DNA of 6,874 bases from a virus. Taxonomy: Duplodnaviria > Heunggongvirae > Uroviricota > Caudoviricetes. The stretch lies in IMG/VR virus record IMGVR_UViG_2778261214_000002. One strand, 5' to 3'. The translations under genes and the position numbers were made by a program. Below are positions 1 to 6,867 of the stretch, one piece after another (positions within the stretch are counted from its first letter, which is position 1; the number at the start of each line of letters is the position of its first letter). The notes under the pieces are model-generated. The model searched no databases. It saw only the letters and a program-made list of their open reading frames with translations, and had not been told where the DNA came from.

Positions 1-651
1 ATGGCGATCGCCGCTGCTGCGCGTGATGGCGAACGATGGCAACGGCTGGCCCTGTGCGTTCACGCCACCACCGGGCATGATGAATAACAGATTACCGCTT
101 TTTACCGTAGTGATTGCGCCCAGCATTTCCGCCATGCGCGTAAGGAAGGACATGTCACTTTCTTCGGTCTGGTCGGCGTGGTCGATTTCGATATCCATCA
201 GCATTTCGCTGATTTGCGGTTTCAGACCGTACCGATGAGCGATGGCGGATACCACACGCTCAACGGTCACATCATGCCAGGACACCTCACGTTTAACGTT
301 AAATTCATCCCGGAAATCTGCGCTTCTGGCTGAAACAGTCAGCCTGTCCGGCGGTCCTTCGTGTGCGATTTCATCAACAATGTAAGACCCTTTTTCTGTC
401 AGCGGTTCGCCTTTCCAGCCAATGAGAACCGTCAGGCGCGCGCCCCGTGGCGGTAGCTGCAACTGACCATCCGCATCATCCAGCGTGATGGTGAGCTGGT
501 CTGCCTCAAATCCCCGGTTGTCGGTCAGCGACAGGCTCATCAGGCGCTCTGCCACGCCGGACAGCGTTTTACCCTCCGCGAGAATATCAAAATCCGGCAT
601 TTTTACGGGGTCTGTGCCCTGGCTGAGCAATTGCATGGTGGTGTCGGTCAT
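1..651 (-). CDS. P2 gpD-like tail protein (late control gene D family), N-terminal 217 codons; 3' end runs off the window
   Basis: Hand translation of the reverse strand from ATG (complement of 649-651) to position 1 is open with no stop: MTDTTMQLLSQGTDPVKMPDFDILAEGKTLSGVAERLMSLSLTDNRGFEADQLTITLDDADGQLQLPPRGARLTVLIGWKG...SADFRDEF...SWHDVTVERVVSAI...ESDMSFLTRMAEML...ITRSSGDRH. Motifs (TDNRGFEADQL, IGWKG, SADFR, SWHD, FLTR, ITRSxGDRH) match my recollection of P2 gpD. SD-like GGGAGGG lies 5-11 nt upstream of the ATG on the - strand (complement of 657-663). Absent from the supplied ORF track because it has no in-window stop. Start could alternatively be the internal ATG at 600. Confidence 0.8.
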   Translation of the reverse strand, partial: MTDTTMQLLSQGTDPVKMPDFDILAEGKTLSGVAERLMSLSLTDNRGFEADQLTITLDDADGQLQLPPRGARLTVLIGWKGEPLTEKGSYIVDEIAHEGPPDRLTVSARSADFRDEFNVKREVSWHDVTVERVVSAIAHRYGLKPQISEMLMDIEIDHADQTEESDMSFLTRMAEMLGAITTVKSGNLLFIMPGGGVNAQGQPLPSFAITRSSGDRH

Positions 652-808
652 CTGCTCCCTCCCTGTGCGGCATGGTCGCATGTGCGTGCGGAGGGGGTTA
701 CTGCTTTTTGTTGTCGCCGGGTCGGGAGAACGGCGCAGGGGTGAGATTACGCGCGTGGTGGGTGATGATTGTTGCCGAATCATTTAACGGATACAAGGGG
801 CTGAAGCT
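652..808. promoter_or_regulatory. Divergent intergenic region between the gpD-like gene (-) and the sheath gene (+); presumed to hold both promoters
   Basis: 157 bp non-coding gap between two divergently oriented start codons. No good sigma70 -35/-10 pair is visible by eye, which fits activator-dependent phage late promoters. Direct repeat TGTGCG at 664-669 and 681-686. Promoter positions not resolved. Confidence 0.35.
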
Positions 809-1993
809 ATGAGTGAAACTCGTTTTCATGGTGCCCGTGTTACGGAAAATACCGACCTGGTAACAGCGATTAACGATGTTGATTCCAGCGTTATCGGTAT
901 CGTGGCAACGGCGGATGATGCGGACGCGGAGCTGTTCCCGCTGAACAAGCCCACACTGCTGACCCGCGTCAATGACGTGCTGGGAAAATGCGGAACAACG
1001 GGGACGCTTTATCGTGCGCTTAAGGCCATCGCAGACCAGGTGAGCACAAAGGTGATCGTCGTTCGCGTGGCTGAACACAAAGAAGAAGACGGAAAGACGC
1101 AGGATCAACTGGTTATCGGTGGTTCTGAGGATGACGGCAGCTATACGGGGATGTATGCGCTGCTTGTTGCAGAGCAGGATGAAAGCATCGGATACCGTCC
1201 GCGTATTCTGGCCGCGCCGGAGCTGGACACGGAGGCGGTAACAAAATCCCTGTGCGTGATTGCGGGTAAACTGCGCGCGTTTGTGTATGCCACATGTCAT
1301 GGTTGTAACACGATGGCTGAGGAGATTACCTACCGCCAGAAATTCAACGAACGTGAGGTGATGCTCTTATGGCCTGACTTCATCGCCTACAACCCGAAAA
1401 GTGGCAAAAACGAAACGTTCCCCGCGCCTGCTTATGCGTGCGGCCTTCGTGCGTACATTGACCATGAGCAGGGCTGGCACAAATCGCTGTCCAACGTTCC
1501 GGTTAAAAATGTGCTGGGAATGTCCAGGCATGTGTTCTGGTCGTTGCAGGCCGAAGACAGTGATGCCAACAGCCTCAATAACAAAGAAATCACGACCATT
1601 ATTCGTCGCAACGGGTTCCGCTTCTGGGGCAACCGCACACCGGAAACGAACGCCTACATCTTTGAGGTGTATACCCGAACCGCACAGGTGCTGGCTGATT
1701 CAATTGCGGAAGCGCAGTTTGAAACCATCGACAGTCCACTGACGCCTGCGAACGTGAAGGATGTTATCAGTGCCATCAGGGCAAAACTGGATTCACTGGT
1801 TACTGCCGGGAAACTGATTGGCGCGGAGTGCTGGTATGACGTGGTGGATAACGGCACCACGGATTTACGTCAGGGGCGTGTGCGTATTCGCTACAAATAT
1901 ACGCCCGTTCCCCCGCTGGAAGACATGGAGCTTTACCAGACGTTTACTGATGAATTCTTTGGTCCCGCATTTGCGGTGCTGGGAGGTGCCTGA
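809..1993 (+). CDS. Contractile tail sheath protein (P2 gpFI-like)
   Basis: 394-aa ORF. N-terminus and internal motifs (FPLNKP, LRAF, YRQ, WPDF, GWHKSLSNV, IRRNGFRFWGNRT, NYTRTAQV, YTPVPPLE) match recalled P2 FI sheath. SD-like AAGGGG 8-9 nt upstream of ATG 809. Stop TGA 1991-1993 overlaps the next start (TGATG). Confidence 0.95.
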   Translation: MSETRFHGARVTENTDLVTAINDVDSSVIGIVATADDADAELFPLNKPTLLTRVNDVLGKCGTTGTLYRALKAIADQVSTKVIVVRVAEHKEEDGKTQDQLVIGGSEDDGSYTGMYALLVAEQDESIGYRPRILAAPELDTEAVTKSLCVIAGKLRAFVYATCHGCNTMAEEITYRQKFNEREVMLLWPDFIAYNPKSGKNETFPAPAYACGLRAYIDHEQGWHKSLSNVPVKNVLGMSRHVFWSLQAEDSDANSLNNKEITTIIRRNGFRFWGNRTPETNAYIFEVYTRTAQVLADSIAEAQFETIDSPLTPANVKDVISAIRAKLDSLVTAGKLIGAECWYDVVDNGTTDLRQGRVRIRYKYTPVPPLEDMELYQTFTDEFFGPAFAVLGGA

Positions 1994-2505
1994 TGGCTGT
2001 ACCAAAACATCTTCGCTTTTTTACGTTGTTTGTGGATGGTGAAAACGAAGTGGGTAAAGTGACATCCGTCACGCCGCCCAAACTGACGCGCAAAACCGAC
2101 AGTTATCGTGGTGGTGGCATGATGGGGGCGGTAAGTATTGATCTCGGTCTGGACGACTCCGCGCTTGATGCGAGCTTTGTCATGGGTGGAGCTGTTCGTG
2201 CACTGTTCCTTAAGTATGGCGGCACGATTGACGGCACGCTGCTGCGTTTTGCGGGTGAATATTACACCGATGCAGAAAGCGATCTGTATGAAATCGAGAT
2301 GCGCGGGCGTGTGACGGAAATTGATATGGGGGAGGCCAAACAGGGCGAAGCCACATCACACACATACGCTGTCAAAAACACCTACTACAAGCTGAGTGTT
2401 AACGATCGCCCGCTGTGGGAAATCGACCTGTTGAACCACATCTACCGGAAGGACGGCAAGGACATTGTGCCTGACCGCATTCGCTCCGCGCTTGGGCTTG
2501 GCTGA
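1993..2505 (+). CDS. Tail tube protein (P2 gpFII-like)
   Basis: 170-aa ORF directly after and 1 nt overlapping the sheath gene (translational coupling). GGGAGG SD at 1981-1986. Sheath-then-tube order and size are typical of P2-like myoviruses. Confidence 0.93.
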   Translation: MAVPKHLRFFTLFVDGENEVGKVTSVTPPKLTRKTDSYRGGGMMGAVSIDLGLDDSALDASFVMGGAVRALFLKYGGTIDGTLLRFAGEYYTDAESDLYEIEMRGRVTEIDMGEAKQGEATSHTYAVKNTYYKLSVNDRPLWEIDLLNHIYRKDGKDIVPDRIRSALGLG

Positions 2506-2560
2506 TAAGTAATATGCAGGCGGCGCAGTGCGTCGCCTCTGACTGAAAAGGAGACAACTG

Positions 2561-2935
2561 ATGAAAGACATCGATACTGAAACCCGGAATAACACCGTAG
2601 CGGATGATGTGACGGCAGGTGAGGATATGGCTGTCGAACGTGGTGTAAAACTTTCCCGGCCAATTGAGCGTGGTGCCGAAAAAATCACATATGTGGAAAT
2701 CACCGGGGCTATTGAGCAGGCGGGATCCCTGCGTGGTCTGTCGCTGTCTGATGTGCTGAATCTGAAAGCGGATACCATGTTCACGCTGTTGCCTCGCGTG
2801 ACTTCGCCACGACTGGATGAAGTGATGATTAAAAAAATGTCGTCACGCGATTTTATTCAGTTGTGCGCTGTGGCTGTAAATTTTATGAGCGAGCCAGACT
2901 CTGGCGCGAAGAGCGTGCAGGAGACGGCAGCGTAA
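2561..2935 (+). CDS. Tail assembly chaperone (P2 gpE-like)
   Basis: 124-aa ORF with strong SD AAAAGGAGA (2546-2554) before ATG 2561. Position between tube and tape measure genes, acidic small protein, and an overlapping -1 frame extension are the hallmarks of the gpE/gpE+E' pair (analogous to lambda G/GT). Confidence 0.85.
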   Translation: MKDIDTETRNNTVADDVTAGEDMAVERGVKLSRPIERGAEKITYVEITGAIEQAGSLRGLSLSDVLNLKADTMFTLLPRVTSPRLDEVMIKKMSSRDFIQLCAVAVNFMSEPDSGAKSVQETAA

Positions 2936-3099
2936 TCACCCTGGTGTGCTTTGAGCACATCGAAGATCTGGTGGCGGATATTGCCGCCATTTTTAACTGG
3001 TCGCCCGCCGAAATCTTCATGATGACGCCCGGCGAAGTGGTTAGCTGGCGTGAGCGGGCGGCACTTCGCAGCGGGAATGCAGATAATGAAGACTCTTGA
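2561..3099 (+). CDS. gpE+E' fusion produced by predicted programmed -1 ribosomal frameshift (shift somewhere in 2833-2935, E' frame continues to TGA 3097-3099)
   Basis: The -1 frame relative to E is open from 2833 (after TAA 2830-2832) to 3099 and has no SD-preceded start of its own (first start-like codon is GTG 2863 with no SD). Candidate slip sites: A AAT TTT at 2878-2884 (X XXY YYZ in E frame) and the A7 run 2831-2837. Fusion would be about 179 aa. Confidence 0.55.
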
Positions 3100-3340
3100 C
3101 ATCCGGGTCGCTTTCAGCGCCGTTGACAGGCTGACCCGGCCTGCCGAAAACGCCCGCCGCCTGATGGGGCAGTTTGGTGACTCCATCCAGCGAACGCAGG
3201 GGGCGATCAAAAATCTCGAGCGTCAGGCGCGTTCATTTGAGCGCGCCCGGGACGCTGTCAGTAAAGCGGATGCGGGTATCGTGAAAGCACGACGCCAGCT
3301 TAACGCCCTTAATCCGTTAGCGCGTAACGCGAGCGCGTGA
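3086..3340 (+). CDS. Tail tape measure protein, N-terminal fragment (frame-shifted relative to the main body)
   Basis: Frame-2 ORF MKTLDIRVAFSAVDRLTRPAENARRLMGQFGDSIQRTQGAIKNLERQ... (85 aa from ATG 3086; alternative starts ATG 3077, GTG 3050), stop TGA 3338-3340. Coiled-coil-like N-terminus typical of tape measure proteins. Overlaps the E' stop. Confidence 0.6.
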   Translation: MKTLDIRVAFSAVDRLTRPAENARRLMGQFGDSIQRTQGAIKNLERQARSFERARDAVSKADAGIVKARRQLNALNPLARNASA

Positions 3341-3440
3341 GCGGTATTCGCGCGCGCAGGAAACAGCGGGAAAACTGAAAACAGGTGGTGCGCTGGCAAT
3401 TGGTGCGGCAGCGGCGGGCGGCTATGCTGCCGGGCGTTTT

Positions 3441-5657
3441 TTGCAGCCTGCGATCGGGTTCGGGAAAGAGATGTCCCGCGTTCAGGCACTGACGCGAATC
3501 GACAAAAACAGCCCGCAGTTTAAGGCGCTGCGTGAGCAGGCGTTAAAACTGGGCTCTGAAACGCAGTTCACCGCAGGCGATGCCGCCAGTGGGCAGGCAT
3601 TTCTTGCAATGGCTGGCTTCACACCGCAGGCCATTCAGGCTGCGCTCCCTGGCGTACTGAGCATGGCAACGGCTGGCGGTATGGACCTCGGTGAGACGGC
3701 GGATATTGGCTCAAATATCCTGACGCAGTTCGGTCTTTCTGCTGACCAGATGGACCGGGTCGGCGACACACTCACCGCAGCGTTTACCCGTACCAACACT
3801 GACCTTCGCGCACTGGGTGAAACCATGAAATATGCAGGTCCGGTGGCGGGTAAGCTGGGAATATCGCTGGAGCAGGCCGCAGCGATGGCGGGCGTGCTGG
3901 CGAATATGGGTATCAGAGGGAGTGATGCCGGGACGGCAATGCGTGCCAGCCTGGCTCGTCTGGCATCACCGCCAAAGGCGGCAGCAGAGGCGCTGAAAGA
4001 GCTTGGCGTGTCTGTCTCGGATGCCGGGGGCAAAATGCGTCCGATGGAGGATGTGCTGGCTGACCTTTATAAAGCTACCCGCAAATACGGGGAAGTTGAC
4101 CGGGTATCGTTCTTTAAGGACATTGCCGGAGAAGAGGCTTTCACATCATTTATGGCCCTCGTTGATGCGGCAGGTGACGGCTCCTTACCCAAACTGAGAA
4201 AAGAACTTGAAGGTGCGCGCGGTGAGGCTGAACGCACGGCAAAGGTTATGGCCAACAACCTTGACGGCGATCTGAAATCACTCAGCAGTGCATGGGAAGG
4301 GTTGCGCATCCGCATTGCAGATCTGATTGACGGTCCGCTGCGTTCTGTCACGCAGTGGCTCACGCGTGTGGTATCAAAGGTGACGGCGCTGGCGCAGGCC
4401 CATCCCGCACTGACGCGCCAGCTACTGATTGCAGGCGGTGCACTGCTGGCAATGACTGCAACGGTTGGCTCGTTGTCGCTGGCTATTGGTGTGCTTGCTG
4501 GCCCGCTGGCAAAACTGCGTCTTGGTTTTTCCCTCCTGACCGGATCAATGAATGCTGTCAGGGTTCTGCCAGCACTATGGGGAATGGTGACGGGTTCCGT
4601 TTCTTTACTGGGAGGCGCTATCGGGGCGTTGTTCAGTCCGGTTGGTCTTATCGTGGCTGCGCTTGCCGGAGCTGCCGTTCTTATCTGGAAATACTGGGAT
4701 CCCATCAGGGCATTTTTTGCCGGGGTGTTCAGCGGGATTATGGAAAGGCTGACCCCGTTGCGCGAAACCTTTGAACGGTTTGGTCCTGTTTTTGACGCAA
4801 TCGGGAGTGGGATCAGCCAGGTGTTTAACTGGTTTAAATCGCTGCTGTCACCGATGGAGTCCAGCAAGGAAACTCTGGATAAATGTACCAGTGCTGGCGA
4901 GATATTCGGTAACGTTCTTGGCGGTGCGTTACAACTTGTTCTGACACCTGCAAAAATGTTGCTGGATACGCTGGCGTGGATACTTGAAAAGCTTGGTGTG
5001 CTTCCGGATGAAGCGGAAAGGGCGCGCAAGAAAATCGAAGACGCACAGCGTGCGGCCATTCTTCAGGACAAGGTTGCCTTGCTTCAGGGGGACCTGGCGA
5101 AAATCAATCCGCCGAAGCCTGTGGAAAATGGCAATGGCACCGGAGGTGATAACCCCAAAGACAATAAACCGCTCACAGACAGCAATACCGGTACGCTGCG
5201 CAGACTCAGCAAAATTGCTGATAACACAGGTAAGCTGGTTGAGGAGACGAAAAAACGCATTGGCCCCGGCGATATTGTCTTTAAAAACCTGCCCCGAGCA
5301 CTTGCTGTTCGTGGGGAGTGGCAGGAGCGGAAGATTGCGCAGGTCAGTAAGCCTGCCCCCGCAATTAATATCACACCCGTGGTCCCGGCTCCGCTGCCTC
5401 CGGCGCTGGTCCCTGTTGTTGCGGCCAGCTCCCGCCCGGTGGCGGAGGCTATACGATCTCCAGTGGCATCAGTTCCTGTAACTTCCCGTAACCGGGAGCC
5501 TGTTGCCTCCGGATTTGGTGGTGAAATTCATGTTCATCTGCATAACGTTGTTACGCAGAATCCCCGCGAACTGGCGAAACTGGTCGGTGAAATGGTCAGG
5601 GCAGAAATGGAACGGCGCGCCCGTGCCGGGCGTGGCAGTTTTTACGATAAAGATTGA
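3441..5657 (+). CDS. Tail tape measure protein, main body (P2 gpT-like); frame is open from 3321
   Basis: Frame-0 reading is open from 3321 (after TAG 3318-3320) to TGA 5655-5657. First in-frame start-like codons are TTG 3441 and ATG 3471. Ala/Gly-rich alpha-helical protein with a central hydrophobic stretch (LLIAGGALLAMTATVGSLSLAIGVLAGPLA...) and a Pro/Val-rich C-terminus, located between gpE and gpU: characteristic tape measure. Confidence 0.9.
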   Translation: MQPAIGFGKEMSRVQALTRIDKNSPQFKALREQALKLGSETQFTAGDAASGQAFLAMAGFTPQAIQAALPGVLSMATAGGMDLGETADIGSNILTQFGLSADQMDRVGDTLTAAFTRTNTDLRALGETMKYAGPVAGKLGISLEQAAAMAGVLANMGIRGSDAGTAMRASLARLASPPKAAAEALKELGVSVSDAGGKMRPMEDVLADLYKATRKYGEVDRVSFFKDIAGEEAFTSFMALVDAAGDGSLPKLRKELEGARGEAERTAKVMANNLDGDLKSLSSAWEGLRIRIADLIDGPLRSVTQWLTRVVSKVTALAQAHPALTRQLLIAGGALLAMTATVGSLSLAIGVLAGPLAKLRLGFSLLTGSMNAVRVLPALWGMVTGSVSLLGGAIGALFSPVGLIVAALAGAAVLIWKYWDPIRAFFAGVFSGIMERLTPLRETFERFGPVFDAIGSGISQVFNWFKSLLSPMESSKETLDKCTSAGEIFGNVLGGALQLVLTPAKMLLDTLAWILEKLGVLPDEAERARKKIEDAQRAAILQDKVALLQGDLAKINPPKPVENGNGTGGDNPKDNKPLTDSNTGTLRRLSKIADNTGKLVEETKKRIGPGDIVFKNLPRALAVRGEWQERKIAQVSKPAPAINITPVVPAPLPPALVPVVAASSRPVAEAIRSPVASVPVTSRNREPVASGFGGEIHVHLHNVVTQNPRELAKLVGEMVRAEMERRARAGRGSFYDKD

Positions 5658-5663
5658 GGAGTC

Positions 5664-6158
5664 ATGGCCATGATGATGATCTACGGCATGTTTGTTTTTG
5701 AGCTGCGCACGCTGCCGCATCAGCAGTTACAGCAAAACAAAAGCTGGCGGCATGTGAAAAATGAACGCGTTAACCGTTCAGCAAGCTGGCAGTATATCGG
5801 TGCAGGTGATGATCGCATCGTTCTTTCTGGTGTGCTTTATCCTGAAATTACAGGTGGCGAAGTGTCGCTGTCGCTGCTGACCACGCAGGCGTATACAGGA
5901 CGACCCTGGCCTTTGATTGATGGCGTCGGGCAGATTTACGGCATGTATGTGCTGACTGAAACGAATACGACCCGTTCCGAGTTTGATCGCTACGGTAAGG
6001 CGAAAAAGATAGAATTTTCACTGACTCTTGAACGCTGTGATGAGGATTTGCGGGAGCGCCTGCAATCCTCATCGTTCAGTGATATGCTGTCCGGCTTCAA
6101 AGATAAGGTCACATCATCCCTTAACAGCGCGGCCAGCTCCGTTAAAGGGCTGTTTTGA
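5664..6158 (+). CDS. Tail protein (P2 gpU-like)
   Basis: 164-aa ORF. N-terminus MMMIYGMFVFELRTLP... resembles recalled P2 gpU (MMMVLGLFVF...). GAGGAG SD at 5656-5661 overlaps the tape measure stop; true start may be ATG 5670 (8-nt spacer) rather than 5664. Confidence 0.88.
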   Translation: MAMMMIYGMFVFELRTLPHQQLQQNKSWRHVKNERVNRSASWQYIGAGDDRIVLSGVLYPEITGGEVSLSLLTTQAYTGRPWPLIDGVGQIYGMYVLTETNTTRSEFDRYGKAKKIEFSLTLERCDEDLRERLQSSSFSDMLSGFKDKVTSSLNSAASSVKGLF

Positions 6159-6165
6159 TTAACGC

Positions 6166-6202
6166 AAAACCGCTAATGGTCAGATTAGCGGTTTTTTATT
6201 TT
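6166..6202. terminator. Intrinsic (rho-independent) terminator between convergent gpU and invertase genes
   Basis: Perfect 12-bp inverted repeat AAAACCGCTAAT (6166-6177) / ATTAGCGGTTTT (6184-6195) with 6-nt loop, followed by TTATTTT on the + strand. On the - strand the stem is followed by a weaker U tract. Sits 8 nt after the gpU stop and directly abuts the invertase stop (6196-6198). Confidence 0.75.
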
Positions 6203-6786
6203 CCCTGAGTCTGCCCGGTTGTTTCTTCAGCCTGTATATCGCCTACAGGGTGATAACGATAAATCGTCGATATACCGATGTCGTAAATGATCGCCAGTTG
6301 TTTCCTGTCATGGCCGTTTTTAATCAGCCTTTCTATTTGCTCATGTTGTTCTTTTGTCAACTTCGGGCGACGTCCGCCAATGCGTCCCTGTGCTCGTGCT
6401 GCTGCCAGCCCGGCCAGTGTACGCTCTACAATTAATTCACGTTCCATTTCTGCTAAAGCTCCCATGACGTGAAAAAAGAAACGCCCCATGGGTGTTGATG
6501 TGTCAATGCTGTCCGTCAGGCTACGGAAATTAACACCTTTTTCCCGCAATTCCTCAATAAGCGTGATCAGGTGTTTCATACTCCTGCCCAGCCTGTCCAG
6601 CTTCCAGACAACCAGCGTATCTCCTTCTGATAGCGTTCTGAGCAGTTTTTTCAATCCCGGTCTGGCTGATTTCGTTCCGCTGATTTTATCTTCAAAAATC
6701 AGTTCACATCCTGCGCACTCCAGCGCGTTACGCTGCAATTCCGTGTTCTGGTCATTTGTTGATACGCGAACATAACCAATAAGCAT
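6196..6786 (-). CDS. Site-specific DNA invertase, serine recombinase (Hin/Gin/Cin/Pin family)
   Basis: Reverse-strand ORF MLIGYVRVSTNDQNT...LVVWKLDRLGRSMKHL...GVNFRSLTDSIDTSTPMGRFFFHVMGALAEMERELIVERT...GRIGGRRPKLT... is near-identical in motif content to recalled Gin/Pin/Cin/Hin invertases (catalytic Ser in YVRVSTNDQ, C-terminal HTH). Start chosen at ATG 6786 (SD AGGGGG 6 nt upstream on the - strand); the ORF track extends to ATG 6792. Confidence 0.95.
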   Translation of the reverse strand: MLIGYVRVSTNDQNTELQRNALECAGCELIFEDKISGTKSARPGLKKLLRTLSEGDTLVVWKLDRLGRSMKHLITLIEELREKGVNFRSLTDSIDTSTPMGRFFFHVMGALAEMERELIVERTLAGLAAARAQGRIGGRRPKLTKEQHEQIERLIKNGHDRKQLAIIYDIGISTIYRYHPVGDIQAEETTGQTQGK

Positions 6787-6841
6787 GAGCATCCCCCTGA
6801 ATAAAAACCGGAGATGATGCCAGTTACCCGTTATCTCTGCA

Positions 6842-6867
6842 TTTTCACAAACGTTGGTTTGGGAGAA
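6842..6867. other. Candidate invertase crossover site (hix/gix/cix/pix-like 26-bp imperfect dyad with 2-bp core)
   Basis: TTTTCACAAACG-TT-GGTTTGGGAGAA. The reverse complement of the right half (TTCTCCCAAACC) matches the left half at 9 of 12 positions. Half-sites fit the recalled family pattern TTnTCnnAAACC with a 2-bp central core. Lies about 55 bp upstream of the invertase start, at the window edge. Confidence 0.55.

Noticed and set aside
23-787. + strand ORFs 23-238 and 485-787 from the ORF track
   Set aside because: They lie antisense to the gpD-like gene, which is open across 1-651 on the - strand with family-typical motifs. Their translations are low-complexity with no recognisable motifs.
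698-1300. 200-aa - strand ORF overlapping the sheath gene start and the divergent intergenic region
   Set aside because: Antisense to the strongly supported sheath CDS; Arg/Cys-rich, implausible composition; would run through the promoter region.
2561-3099. P2-type T6G (TTTTTTG) slippery heptamer for the E/E' frameshift
   Set aside because: No T6G is present in the E/E' overlap (the closest is TTTTATT at 2851-2857), so the shift site must differ from my recollection of P2; alternatives are reported instead.
3441-3473. Independent start (TTG 3441 or ATG 3471) for the downstream tape measure ORF as evidence of a naturally two-gene arrangement
   Set aside because: The frame is open upstream to 3321 and overlaps the N-terminal fragment's stop by only 20 nt; the SD is weak or absent. 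An indel-split single gene is the simpler explanation.
3635-4033. 132-aa - strand ORF within the tape measure gene
   Set aside because: Same reasoning: antisense shadow ORF with low-complexity composition.
4067-5059. 330-aa ORF on the - strand inside the tape measure gene
   Set aside because: Fully antisense to a well-supported coding region. Product is Ser/Ala/Arg/Pro-rich and low-complexity, as expected from a GC-rich antisense frame. No SD or start context; treated as a spurious ORF.
4984-5481. 165-aa + strand ORF in an alternative frame inside the tape measure gene
   Set aside because: Out-of-frame overlap with the tape measure; extremely Arg-rich, artifactual-looking translation; no SD.
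6166-6195. AAACC...GGTTT-containing inverted repeat considered as a second invertase crossover site
   Set aside because: The arms are separated by a 6-nt loop rather than a 2-bp core and form a perfect 12-bp stem followed by a T tract; better explained as the bidirectional terminator.
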